Origin: Narcine bancroftii
Lineage: Eukaryota
DNA: 64,000 nucleotides
Assembly: GCF_036971445.1 (NCBI RefSeq)
Contig: NC_091476.1
Span: 75,206,001 to 75,270,000, forward strand
Direction: 5' to 3'
A model generated the notes under the pieces. That model did not search any database, was not told where the DNA came from, and saw nothing but the letters and a program-made list of their open reading frames with translations. Positions 12,725 through 24,384 of this stretch are shown here, piece after piece; position 1 is the first letter of the stretch, and each line of letters begins with the position of its first letter. The translations under genes and the position numbers were made by a program.

Positions 12725-13130
12725 TGTAAATTTGAGGAACGACATTTGATTTTCTGCCCAGGCCCTCTCCAGCCAGACGGCATTGATGTGGATGTCTCCG
12801 GTCTCTGCCAGCTCACTCCCCGTACCCATTTCCTTCCCTGCCCTCTGTCTCCTTCCCTCCAGCTCTCCACCCCTTTCCCTCTCCATTCACAGAGCCGTCT
12901 CCACCCCCGTTTGCTGCGGTGCCCTCCCTCCCTTATTCACCCATTACCCCCTGCCTGTGGGACTGTGCTCCTCCTCCTGACTCTTCCCCCACCATTTTGC
13001 TCGGGTGCTTGCCGACATTTTGTTCATCCCTTGATGAAGAGCTCAGGCCCGAAACATCGGTGACGTAGCTTTATAAAATATAAAATTAGCTGTTTGACCT
13101 GACTTTCTCCAGCATCGTTTTTACCCACAA
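12725..13130 (+). mobile_element. Penelope-like element 3' fragment with hammerhead-like motif
   Basis: EERHLIFCPGPLQPDGIDVD resembles the GIY-YIG C-terminus; TTGATGA-A-GAGCTCAGGCCC-GAAAC at ~13031-13055. Confidence 0.7.
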
Positions 13131-13406
13131 CTCTCTGCATAAAAAAATACTTCCCCCTGTCATCTCCCCTAAACTTCCTTCCTTCACCTTGATCAGACGT
13201 CCTCTGGTGTTTGCTGATCCTGCCCTGGGGGGAAAGGCACTGGCCGTCCACCCTGTCTATGCCTCTCAGACTCCTGTAGATGGCAATAAGCCTGATTCTG
13301 ATCATTCTGACACATCCCATTCTCAGACACCACAGGGAGATGGTGGGTAACAGCACCAAGTGCAACACTGGGAGGGGGTCCTGTGCGATCACCAGGAGTT
13401 AGTTAC

Positions 13407-13490
13407 CTGTTTGCTAGAAGCTGAAGGATCTGCATCAAGAACTTCCCCAGCCCTTTCCTTCTCACCCGTGCCTCCAGCTGAACTTCGTAA
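13407..13490 (-). CDS. NAA40: NAA40 exon 6
   Basis: cag/gtaact; [31 protein letters not shown] acetyl-CoA motif RRKGLG. Confidence 0.96.
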
Positions 13491-13699
13491 CTGCAAGGCA
13501 AAGAAGGCTGGTCAGAGTGAGGATGGAGGCAATACCAAAACTGCTGGGCTCCCTGGGCCTGGTGGACAGGAGAGCCATTGGGCTCAGATCCTGACTGGGC
13601 GAACCGTGCAGAGAGAGGTAGGGTCAAAGCATCCAGTTCACTTAAGGGACGCTTGATGACACACTGTCAACTGAGCTCTCACCTGCATTTAACTCAGCT

Positions 13700-13965
13700 G
13701 TCTCTATACCGGGAGTGTGTGATGGGATAGTGCAGAGGGAGGTTCACTCTGTGTCTGACCCCGGGAGTGTGTGATGGGACAGTGCAGAAGGAGCTTCACT
13801 CTGTGTCTGACCCTCGGAGTGTGTGACGGGACGGTGCGGAGGGTGCTTTGCCCATGTCTGACCCCGGGGGTGTGTGACGGGATGGTGCGGAGGGAGCTTC
13901 ACTCTGTGTCTGACCCCGGGGATGTGTGACGGGACGGGTGCAGAGGGAGCTTCTCTCTGTGCGCT
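13700..13965. repeat. ~52-bp minisatellite CCCCGGGAGTGTGTGATGGGACGGTGCGGAGGGAGCTTCACTCTGTGTCTGA, ~5 copies
   Basis: Visible direct repeats. Confidence 0.85.
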
Positions 13966-14430
13966 GTTACTGATACGGACAACTCTCTGGGTCGCTCGGC
14001 TGCCAGTGGAATAATCTGCTCTCAGCTGCTTCTCCTCCTGCTCCAGGACCCAGCCAAAATGGGGAAGGTGGGGGGAAAGCGAAGCAAATGGGGCGCAGGA
14101 GCTGATAATGATCAGCAGGCCAGGCAGCGCATGGGGGAGGTAAACAGGCCACGCTTCAGCTTTTTGATTCCCTGGTTGCTTCGCCCTTTATTAGCCCCCT
14201 GACCCACAGCCTGACCGGCTGAGGTCACTGCCCTGCTCTATGTCCTCACTCACCCTCGGACCATTCCCATTGGCTCAGTGACCTCGACTGTAGCTCATCC
14301 CGATTAGAGACACTGCTCCCCCCCCCCCATATTCTGCCTCCTTCCCAGTTCTCATGAGTAAACTTTGACCCAAGACACGCTCTCTCTGGCCTGCTGAGTG
14401 TGTCCAGCACGTCCTGTGTTTTATTGTTAC

Positions 14431-14592
14431 CAGTACAGGACTTCCTCCCCGCACTCGACGTCGAAGCGGAAATGGGAGAAGGCAGCGGGCAGTGTGCTCT
14501 CGCCGTCTCGAGCCACCAGGTACCACGCGCGCTCGTCCATCATCTCCTCCCGCTTCTCTCGGTCCTTCCACCCCCATTCGCTCTGCTCGTAC
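14431..14592 (-). CDS. NAA40: NAA40 exon 5
   Basis: cag/gtaaca; [53 protein letters not shown]. Confidence 0.97.
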
Positions 14593-14829
14593 CTGGAAAG
14601 AGAGGGGGTGGCAGCAAGATGGCCAGCATCAAATGTCCCACCCCTTTCTCGTTTCCCCCCACCCCCCCCCCCCCCCGCCAACCACCTCCCTGAATGGCCT
14701 CTGAGGAGTCATCAGCATCTCCCTCTCCGGGGGCGGGACGCATCTAATGGGTGAGGTCACCCATGGGTCTGTTGGCAATCCCGAAGCAGAGTAGAGGCCC
14801 GTGCTCTGGGACCAGGCGAGGGTAGCGAC

Positions 14830-15680
14830 GGGACGGGGGGAGTGCAAAAAGGAGAGGGAGGGTGACAGGAGAGGGGAAAGGATGTGGTAATGGGAGGAAG
14901 GGGGGTCCAGCGGGGGTGTGGTACAGGAGCAATGGGAGAGGGAGACATGGGGAGGACAGGAGGGAGAGGATGTGATGGGAGGGGGTGGGGGTGATTGGAA
15001 GGGGGTGGGAGTGACAGGGTGCAGGGAGGTGTGGGAGGGAAAGGGGCAGGAAGGAGAGGGAGTGATAGGATGGAGGTAAGGATACTGGATAGGTGGTGGA
15101 TACTAGATGGTAGGAGAGGTGGGGTTTGGACGGAAGGGGGGTTTGGACGGAAGGGGGGTTTGGACGGAAGGGGGGTTGTCTGTAGGGGGTGGTCTGTGGG
15201 AGGGGAAGGGGGACCGTGGACGGGGAGGGGGTCTCAAGGGGGAGGGTCTGTGGATGGGGGGTCTTTTGAAGGGGAAGAGGGGGGTCTGTTGAAGGGAGGA
15301 GGGGGTCTGTGGACGGGGAGGGGGGTGGTTTGTGGATGGGGACCTGTGGACAGGGAGGGTTGGGTGTCTGTGGACGGGGGAGGAGGTGGGGTCTGTTAAA
15401 GGTGAAGGAGGAGGGGGGTCTGTAGAAGTGGGGGGGGTCTGTGGACAAGTGGGGGGTGGTTTGTGAATGGGAGGGGCACCTGTAGACAGGAAGGGGTGGG
15501 TGTATGTGGGTGGGGAGGGTTGGATGGGGGTGTGGGTCAGTTGAAGGGGAAAGAGGAGCGTCTGTGGATGGAGGGGGGTTCTGTTGTAGAGGAAGGAGGG
15601 GGGTCTGTAGAAGTTTTGGGGGTTCTGTAGACAGGGAGGAGGGGTCTACAGATGGCAAAGGACATGCAGGGGGGGGGGGG
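14830..15680. repeat. G-rich low-complexity degenerate repeat (GGGTCTGTGGA motif)
   Basis: Purine-rich with recurring GTCTGT units. Confidence 0.7.
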
Positions 15681-15885
15681 TTACTCCTCAATCGTCAGAA
15701 ACACCAATCGATGCAAGGGAAGACCTCAAGACACTTGGACGGTGTATCCCTTTCCCGATTCTCCCTCCAGCCCGCTCCTGACCAACACTCGGCATGGCTG
15801 GAGAGTGGGGCATTACCTCCAGCTCCTGGACTGCTCTCTATCCCCTCATCAGTGTTGGATGCATGCAACGCCCTCTCTCACTCAC

Positions 15886-15981
15886 ATGGCCTGCATGTTG
15901 GTCCTGGTCAGTTCCACTGCCCACTCCACTGTGCTCGGGTCCAGGTGTGCCACCCTCTTGCACTCGATCTGGATGTTCGTC
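15886..15981 (-). CDS. NAA40: NAA40 exon 4
   Basis: cag/gtgagt; [31 protein letters not shown]. Confidence 0.95.
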
Positions 15982-16144
15982 CTGGGTGGGGGGGGGGGGG
16001 GTGGGAGGGGAGGGGGTAAGAGTCACAGCCACGGCTCAACACAGGCACCTCTCTGCTCCCCCTGCTCTCTCCAGACATCTTCCCAACCCCCTTGCGTAAA
16101 CAACTGTGAACAGATCTGTGTGCAGGAGGGGAAAGGGACAGACA

Positions 16145-16410
16145 CACACTAGTCAGTGTACAGATATAACCCTGAGAGGATCGGAGACACCCCAGTGAAC
16201 AGGTATCCCCCTGAGAGAGGGATGGAGGACTCTGGTCAGTGTAATTATCCCACTGAGAGAGAGGATCGGAGACACAATGGTCAGTGTACAGATATCCCTC
16301 TGAGAGAGGGATGGAGAGTCTGGTCAGTGTAATTATAACTGAGAGTGAGGGACGAAGAGACACTGGTCAGTGTACAGATATCCCCCTGAGAGAAGGACTG
16401 AGAGACTCTG
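16145..16410. repeat. ~40-bp minisatellite (CTGGTCAGTGTACAGATATCCCCCTGAGAGAGG..)
   Basis: About 6 degenerate direct repeats. Confidence 0.75.
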
Positions 16411-16618
16411 ACATCCCTTGCAACTCCCCCTTGGAGTTAACCTACAACCCTCACCACTCCTCCCCATCATCAGCATGCTGAGCTTCATGGGTAGTGGGTA
16501 AATCAGTGGAATTTTTGCAGAGATAGGAGTGTGGCAGGAGGTCAGGAAGGTGGGTGTGGTGTCAGGGTGGTGAACAGCAAGCAGCCCCAGGAGAGGGGAA
16601 CAAGTGATGCACAATTAC

Positions 16619-16671
16619 CCATTTCTGTCATACTTTCTGAAGGCAGGAAATGGCGCCAAGGGGTCTTCAAG
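16619..16671 (-). CDS. NAA40: NAA40 exon 3
   Basis: tag/gtaatt; LEDPLAPFPAFRKYDRN, 53 bp. Confidence 0.95.
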
Positions 16672-16961
16672 CTAGGAGAGAGGAAGAGGAAGTGTTATAT
16701 TTCTCTGCTATGCCCCTTCCTGTGCTTCACCTGTGACAGCCCTGAGACCTCAACCCACTCATAATGCAGGGAGAAGGGGGAAGACCACTGGTTCAGGGAG
16801 AAACCCCTCCTCAATCCCACCTCACTCCCTCGTAACTTCCCCTGGAGTTCCCTCCATCTCTCCCAGATTTCCCCTCAATTCTTCCCCACTCCCCCCAGAG
16901 TTCCCCTCAATCTCTCCCCACTCCCCCCAGGGTTTCCCATCCCTCTCCTCGCCCTCTCTAC

Positions 16962-17057
16962 CTTGTTTGCCGTCTCCACTTTGGCACAGATGGCGTCCAT
17001 GGCCGCCCGCTCTTCCAGCCTTTTCTGCTTTTTCTCTTTGGCCCTGGATGACTTTCT
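16962..17057 (-). CDS. NAA40: NAA40 exon 2
   Basis: cag/gtagag; [32 protein letters not shown]. Confidence 0.96.
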
Positions 17058-17919
17058 CTGGAGAAAAAAACACAGGGGCAGGTTAAACCGAAGCTCCAGC
17101 CCCAGGCCTGCCAGTAAGAAAATGGGGTGGTGAACTGACGGAGGAGCGGTTTGCCTAATGCCTTGGCCCTCATTGGTCAGGTCACGTGTTTCCCGTCTCA
17201 GGAGAGAAGGGTAAGGAACCAGCAGCAGCATGTTGGCTTGACAGCTGTTTAATCCCAACCTACATGGATTTTGCATGCTCTTGTTGTGACTGCAAGAGTC
17301 TCCCCTGGTTGCTCTGCATCCCTCCAGCACCCCAAAGACAAGTCAATGGATTGTGTTCTGTGCATTAACCCTGCCCAGTGTGTGGCTGAGGGATAGAATC
17401 CTGGGCAATTTGATCTGATTGGGGTGAGAACAATATGGAATCAGCACTTATGGGTGCCTAATGCTCAGATCAAACTTGGAGGACCAAAGGGCCCGGTTCT
17501 CTTATGACACCACCTGCCTTAGGTTCTCTTATGACACCACCTGCCTTGAGACCTCCAGTCTCTCATCCACTCCCTGTCACTTCTTCCTGCCTGCCCCCTC
17601 CATTCATTCCTCCCTGCCCATCATTCTCTTCCTACTCCTTGACCTTTGCCCATGTCCATTTTCTGACTCCACTATGCAGTTCAATCCCTTCCTCTCACCA
17701 TCTCCATCTTCTCCTACATCTCTCCCCTCCATCTCCCTCCTCCCCTTCCCCCCTCCCTCATCTCTCTCTCTCCCACTCCCTTCCTCCCCTCTCCTCTGCT
17801 CTTCCCCCTCTCCTCCCACGCTCATCCCCTCTCCCACTCCCTCCCTTGCTTTCCCCCTCCCTCTCCCTCACTTTCTTCTCCTCCCCTCCCTCCCTCCCCC
17901 CTTTCCCTCTCTCCTCTCC

Positions 17920-18900
17920 NNNNNNNNNNNNNNNNNNNNNNNNNNNNNNNNNNNNNNNNNNNNNNNNNNNNNNNNNNNNNNNNNNNNNNNNNNNNNNNNN
18001 NNNNNNNNNNNNNNNNNNNNNNNNNNNNNNNNNNNNNNNNNNNNNNNNNNNNNNNNNNNNNNNNNNNNNNNNNNNNNNNNNNNNNCCCACCCTCCCCCTC
18101 TTCCTGNNNNNNNNNNNNNNNNNNNNNNNNNNNNNNNNNNNNNNNNNNNNNNNNNNNNNNNNNNNNNNNNNNNNNNNNNNNNNNNNNNNNNNNNNNNNNN
18201 NNNNNNNNNNNNNNNNNNNNNNNNNNNNNNNNNNNNNNNNNNNNNNNNNNNNNNNNNNNNNNNNNNNNNNNNNNNNNNNNNNNNNNNNNNNNNNNNNNNN
18301 NNNNNNNNNNNNNNNNNNNNNNNNNNNNNNNNNNNNNNNNNNNNNNNNNNNNNNNNNNNNNNNNNNNNNNNNNNNNNNNNNNNNNNNNNNNNNNNNNNNN
18401 NNNNNNNNNNNNNNNNNNNNNNNNNNNNNNNNNNNNNNNNNNNNNNNNNNNNNNNNNNNNNNNNNNNNNNNNNNNNNNNNNNNNNNNNNNNNNNNNNNNN
18501 NNNNNNNNNNNNNNNNNNNNNNNNNNNNNNNNNNNNNNNNNNNNNNNNNNNNNNNNNNNNNNNNNNNNNNNNNNNNNNNNNNNNNNNNNNNNNNNNNNNN
18601 NNNNNNNNNNNNNNNNNNNNNNNNNNNNNNNNNNNNNNNNNNNNNNNNNNNNNNNNNNNNNNNNNNNNNNNNNNNNNNNNNNNNNNNNNNNNNNNNNNNN
18701 NNNNNNNNNNNNNNNNNNNNNNNNNNNNNNNNNNNNNNNNNNNNNNNNNNNNNNNNNNNNNNNNNNNNNNNNNNNNNNNNNNNNNNNNNNNNNNNNNNNN
18801 NNNNNNNNNNNNNNNNNNNNNNNNNNNNNNNNNNNNNNNNNNNNNNNNNNNNNNNNNNNNNNNNNNNNNNNNNNNNNNNNNNNNNNNNNNNNNNNNNNNN
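17920..18900. other. Assembly gap (N runs) with a 21-bp island
   Basis: N characters. Confidence 0.99.
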
Positions 18901-18943
18901 TCTTCCTTCCCGCCCTCCCCCTCCCTCTCTCCCTCTCCCTCAC

Positions 18944-18949
18944 CCCCAT
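18944..18949 (-). CDS. NAA40: NAA40 exon 1 coding part (MG), copy A
   Basis: CCGCC-ATG-GGG-gtgagg with strong Kozak; phase 0 joins exon 2; total CDS 717 nt = 238 aa. Confidence 0.88.
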
Positions 18950-19160
18950 GGCGGGACACAGGTTCAGAACCAGCCGGGCGGGCAGCGGGAGACGGCACTT
19001 CCGGTCCTTCCCGCCGAGGGGCCCCCGCTTCCGGTCCGTCCGCGCCGAGTCCGCCACTTCCGGCAGCGGCTCCGGTCTAAAGTGGAAGGTGTCGGCGGCG
19101 GAGGTAAAGCCCGGGGTCTGACCGTCGGAGTCGGGGGATGTTATCTTTCCCGGGCCCAGA
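18950..19160. promoter_or_regulatory. CpG-rich, probably bidirectional promoter with tandem ETS/GABPA sites (copy A)
   Basis: ACTTCCGG/GCTTCCGG at ~18998, 19028, 19056; high CpG; TATA-less. Confidence 0.8.
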
Positions 19161-19169
19161 ACCCGCTCC

Positions 19170-19350
19170 CACTGTGGGCCCTGAAACTGACCCCTAACCC
19201 CCAACCCACCGGGGCCCTGAACCTGACCCCTAACCCCTACCGTGGGCCCGAACCTGACCTCTAACCCCCACCGTGGGCCCTGAACTTGACCTCTAACCCC
19301 CTCCCACCGTGGGCCTGAACCTGACCTCTAACCCCCTCCCCCACTATGGG
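19170..19350. repeat. ~30-bp repeat with telomere-like CCCTAACCC/CTCTAACCC units (second copy 22435-22610)
   Basis: GTGGGCCCTGAACCTGACCTCTAACCCC about 5 times. Confidence 0.75.
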
Positions 19351-20667
19351 TCATGAGCCTGTCCTTTAACCACCCGACTTCCCCTCCCCATTGTGCGTCA
19401 TGAACCTAAGCCTCTCCCTTGTGGCTGTGTACCCTCCCCTACTTCCCTGTCAAGTCCCCCTGTCCCCTCCCTACCTCCAGGCCATCCACTCTCTCTCTTC
19501 CCCTGCAGAGTTGTTCCCTGACTCCAGTGACGATCCAACCGAACTGATTCCACAGCCGTCTCCTTCCAAGATGAAGGACACCCAGCCTCCACTCCTTGTT
19601 TCATCTATCTAACCCTTGTTCAAAGGTACTTTGATATTTATATTTCAGTCACTGCTAAGTGTTGTCTTGATGTTGAACCACCTTGTTTCATGATGCAAAC
19701 CAATGCTTGGTTTGTTATTTATTTGAAGAAATTATTACCAGTTGCTTGTAATGGAACCCTTCTTTGTAATCACCAATAGCTTGTAAACTCTTGATTTAGG
19801 AGAAACAGGTGATCAGAGGTTAGGCTGGGCTGAGAAGAGGAAGAATTTGATAGGCCAAAGACTTAAGAGAAACTCTTTGCCTTCCCATCAACTTATCTCA
19901 GGTTCTACTCACAAGGGGCAAATTGCACCAGCTCATTTAACCCCTCCAATCTTGCTGAGCTTCAGTGTGTGGAGACCAGAGCATAGGGGTGGGGGGAGGA
20001 AGAGGGGAGAAAGGGAAATGGGGGAAGGTCACACGTGTGAAAGTCAGCCCACACTGTAATAAAACAAACAGCAGAAGCCATTAAGTGGATGGCAGTTTCT
20101 TTGTTCAGTCTTGATAATGCTAGCGGGAGTGAGGGGTACAAAGAAGGAGTTTGGTAACTTGTTCTCTACACTGAGCCCCACTCCACTTTGACCCTACAAG
20201 TTTCACACGGCAGGCGTTCTCTATTTTTGCACGACATGTTCCCTATGACGTCTGCACATGGCTGGGAAATGTCAGGGTGTCCTCTTACTACATCTTTGTG
20301 GTGTTCCCACCACGTTACAAGGTAGCTATGTTCTCACCCAACTCATTAACCCTTTGTTAAGCATATTCGTTAAACTTATTCCTTCACACACACACACACA
20401 CACACACACAGGGAGAACGGGAAAACTCCGCACGCCACAGCGGCAGAGGTTGGGATCGAACCCGAGACTCTAGCATGGAGAGGTAGCAGCTCTCTGCACC
20501 ACTGTTCCGTCTTTCATGTTTGAACATTGAGATAACGCAGTAGAATCTTGGGGATTGGGTTGGTCCAGATTCTTAGGCAGTACTTTTAAAATTTGAATTT
20601 AAGGACGAATAAAGAAGAGATGAATGGGTAAATGTTGATAGTTTAATCATTGGCAAAGACAGCGTGC

Positions 20668-20962
20668 AGTAGCGTTCGTGTTACACAGGCGCAGGGAAGA
20701 ACGACACGCACGTTCTTGGAATCGAGGCTGGTTTATTGCTCTGGCTGTTGCCCTTATATGGGCCCTGGGCGCTGACATCAGGGCCCTGCGTCATCGTGCG
20801 CCGGCCTGGGATTGGCTGGTGTTCCCGCCACAGCTCCCCACCTTCCTGCCGTACGGGAGGTCACTGGGACGTACGGCCGATGTCACCCCAAGCTCTGTAC
20901 GGTTGCCGCGATAGTCAGCCATTTTGTGGGCTGGTCCGCGTCTCTGTGCGTGAGCCGGTACA
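20668..20962 (-). mobile_element. Solo LTR (Gypsy-like), copy A
   Basis: 4-bp TSD GTGC (20664-67 / 20963-66); termini (a)GTAGCG...CGGTACA; on the minus strand CCAAT, TATAA then AATAAA; CpG-rich. Confidence 0.75.
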
Positions 20963-21314
20963 GTGCTTTGTTTATCAAAACGAGGAGTTTTAAAGAAACA
21001 TAAAATCAACATTTGACAAAATGTAAACATAACATTTTTTTTTCATGTGTATACTTCTTGAAGTCATATTTAAAATGAAAATTGTAAAAGAAAAACACAG
21101 TTTATAAATGAAAGCAGAAGATATTTGGAGAACTGCGTGCAGTTCTGGTCACCTTACTTGAGAAAGGATGGACTGGCTTTGGAGGCAGTGGAGAGGAGGT
21201 TCACTGGGTTGATTCCAGGGAGGAGGAGGTTGGCCTATGAGGAGAGATTGAGTCATCTGGGACCGTACTCTCTGGAATTTAGAAGAATGAGAGGGGATCT
21301 TATGGAATCGTATA

Positions 21315-22162
21315 NNNNNNNNNNNNNNNNNNNNNNNNNNNNNNNNNNNNNNNNNNNNNNNNNNNNNNNNNNNNNNNNNNNNNNNNNNNNNNNNNNNNNN
21401 NNNNNNNNNNNNNNNNNNNNNNNNNNNNNNNNNNNNNNNNNNNNNNNNNNNNNNNNNNNNNNNNNNNNNNNNNNNNNNNNNNNNNNNNNNNNNNNNNNNN
21501 NNNNNNNNNNNNNNNNNNNNNNNNNNNNNNNNNNNNNNNNNNNNNNNNNNNNNNNNNNNNNNNNNNNNNNNNNNNNNNNNNNNNNNNNNNNNNNNNNNNN
21601 NNNNNNNNNNNNNNNNNNNNNNNNNNNNNNNNNNNNNNNNNNNNNNNCCACCCTCCCCCTCTTCCTGCNNNNNNNNNNNNNNNNNNNNNNNNNNNNNNNN
21701 NNNNNNNNNNNNNNNNNNNNNNNNNNNNNNNNNNNNNNNNNNNNNNNNNNNNNNNNNNNNNNNNNNNNNNNNNNNNNNNNNNNNNNNNNNNNNNNNNNNN
21801 NNNNNNNNNNNNNNNNNNNNNNNNNNNNNNNNNNNNNNNNNNNNNNNNNNNNNNNNNNNNNNNNNNNNNNNNNNNNNNNNNNNNNNNNNNNNNNNNNNNN
21901 NNNNNNNNNNNNNNNNNNNNNNNNNNNNNNNNNNNNNNNNNNNNNNNNNNNNNNNNNNNNNNNNNNNNNNNNNNNNNNNNNNNNNNNNNNNNNNNNNNNN
22001 NNNNNNNNNNNNNNNNNNNNNNNNNNNNNNNNNNNNNNNNNNNNNNNNNNNNNNNNNNNNNNNNNNNNNNNNNNNNNNNNNNNNNNNNNNNNNNNNNNNN
22101 NNNNNNNNNNNNNNNNNNNNNNNNNNNNNNNNNNNNNNNNNNNNNNNNNNNNNNNNNNNNNN
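21315..22162. other. Assembly gap (N runs)
   Basis: N characters. Confidence 0.99.
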
Positions 22163-22205
22163 TCTTCCTTCCCGCCCTCCCCCTCCCTCTCTCCCTCTCC
22201 CTCAC

Positions 22206-22211
22206 CCCCAT
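22206..22211 (-). CDS. NAA40: NAA40 exon 1 coding part (MG), duplicate copy B
   Basis: Identical to 18944-18949 within the duplicated block. Confidence 0.6.
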
Positions 22212-22420
22212 GGCGGGACACAGGTTCAGAACCAGCCGGGCGGGCAGCGGGAGACGGCACTTCCGGTCCTTCCCGCCGAGGGGCCCCCGCTTCCGGTCCG
22301 TCCGCGCCGAGTCCGCCACTTCCGGCAGCGGCTCCGGTCTAAAGTGGAAGGTGTCGGCGGCGGAGGTAAAGCCCGGGGTCTGACCGTCGGAGTCGGGGGA
22401 TGTTATCCTTTCCCGGGCCC
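22212..22420. promoter_or_regulatory. CpG/ETS promoter, copy B
   Basis: Same ACTTCCGG cluster as copy A. Confidence 0.7.
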
Positions 22421-22770
22421 AGAACCCGCTCCCACTGTGGGCCCTGAAACTGACCCCTAACCCCCAACCCACCGGGGCCCTGAACCTGACCCCTAACCCC
22501 TACCGTGGGCCCGAACCTGACCTCTAACCCCCACCGTGGGCCCTGAACTTGACCTCTAACCCCCTCCCACCGTGGGCCTGAACCTGACCTCTAACCCCCT
22601 CCCCCACTATGGGTCATGAGCCTGTCCTTTAACCACCCGACTTCCCTCCCCATTGTGCGTCATGAACCTAAGCCTCTCCCTTGTGGCTGTGTACCCTCCC
22701 CTACTTCCCTGTCAAGTCCCCCTGTCCCCTCCCTACCTCCAGGCCATCCACTCTCTCTCTTCCCCTGCAG

Positions 22771-22887
22771 AGTTGTTCCCTGACTCCAGTGACGATCCAA
22801 CCGAACTGATTCCACAGCCGTCTCCTTCCAAGATGAAGGACACCCAGCCTCCACTCCTTGTTTCATCTATCTAACCCTTGTTCAAAG
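22771..22887 (+). other. Candidate exon of a divergent spliced transcript (copy A equivalent ~19509-19625)
   Basis: ctctctctcttcccctgcag acceptor, AAG|gtactt donor; upstream donor GAG|gtaaag at 22366. Confidence 0.45.
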
Positions 22888-23931
22888 GTACTTTGGATAT
22901 TTATATTTCAGTCACTGCTAAGTGTTGTCTTGATGTTGACCACCTTGTGTTTCATGATGCAAACCAATGCTTGGTTTGTTATTTATTTGAAGAAATTATT
23001 ACCAGTTGCTTGTAATGGAACCCTTCTTTGTAATCACCAATAGCTTGTAAACTCTTGATTTAGGAGAAACAGGTGATCAGAGGTTAGGCTGGGCTGAGAA
23101 GAGGAAGAATTTGATAGGCCAAAGACTTAAGAGAAACTCTTTGCCTTCCATCAACTTATCTCAGGTTCTACTCACAAGGGGCAAATTGCACCAGCTCATT
23201 TAACCCCTCCAATCTTGCTGAGCTTCAGTGTGTGGAGACCAGAGCATGGGGTGGGGGGAGGGAAGAGGGGGAGAAAGGGAAATGGGGGAAGGTCACACGT
23301 GTGAAAGTCAGCCCACACTGTAATAAAACAAACAGCAGAAGCCATTAAGTGGATGGCAGTTTCTTTGTTCAGTCTTGATAATGCTAGCGGGAGTGAGGGG
23401 TACAAAGAAGGAGTTTGGTAACTTGTTCTCTACACTGAGCCCCACTCCACTTTGACCCTACAAGTTTCACACGGCAGGCGTTCTCTATTTTTGCACGACA
23501 TGTTCCCTATGACGTCTGCACATGGCTGGGAAATGTCAGGGTGTCCTCTTACTACATTCTTTGTGGTGTTCCCACCACGTTACAAGGTAGCTATGTTCTC
23601 ACCCAACTCATTAACCCTTTGTTAAGCATATTCGTTAAACTTATTCCTTCACACACACACACACACACACACAGGGAGAACGGGAAAACTCCGCACGCCA
23701 CAGCGGCAGAGGTTGGGATCGAACCCGAGACTCTAGCATGGAGAGGTAGCAGCTCTCTGCACCACTGTTCCGTCTTTCATGTTTGAACATTGAGAATAAC
23801 GCAGTAGAATCTTGGGGATTGGGTTGGTCCAGATTCTTAGGCAGTACTTTTAAAATTTGAATTTAAGGACGAATAAAGAAGAGATGAATGGGTAAATGTT
23901 GATAGTTTAATCATTGGCAAAGACAGCGTGC

Positions 23932-24222
23932 AGTAGCGTTCGTGTTACACAGGCGCAGGAAGAACGACACGCACGTCTTGGAATTGAGGCTGGTTTATTG
24001 CTCTGGCTGTTGCCCTTATATGGGCCCTGGGCGCTGACATCAGGGCCCTGCGTCATCGTGCGCCGGCCTGGGATTGGCTGGTGTTCCCGCCACAGCTCCC
24101 CACCTTCCTGCCGTACGGGAGGTCACTGGACGACGGCCGATGTCACCCCAAGCTCTGTACGGTTGCCGCGATAGTCAGCCATTTTGTGGGCTGGTCCGCG
24201 TCTCTGTGCGTGAGCCGGTACA
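23932..24222 (-). mobile_element. Solo LTR, copy B
   Basis: TSD GTGC 23928-31 / 24223-26. Confidence 0.7.
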
Positions 24223-24384
24223 GTGCTTTGTTTATCAAAACGAGGAGTTTTAAAGAAACATAAAATCAACATTTGACAAAAATGTAAACATAACATTTTT
24301 TTTTCATGTGTATACTTCTTGAAGTCATATTTAAAAATGAAAATTGTAAAAGAAAAACACAGTTTATAAATGAAAGCAGAAGAT

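Noticed and set aside
13970-14200. Possible intronic snoRNA or hairpin in NAA40 intron 5 (GCTGAT-AATG-ATCAGC)
   Set aside because: No convincing C/D or H/ACA box arrangement on the sense strand
19170-19350. Interstitial telomere
   Set aside because: Isolated CCCTAA/CTCTAA within a 30-bp unit, not a (TTAGGG)n array
17461-22472. Long ORFs spanning X runs
   Set aside because: Artefacts of N gaps
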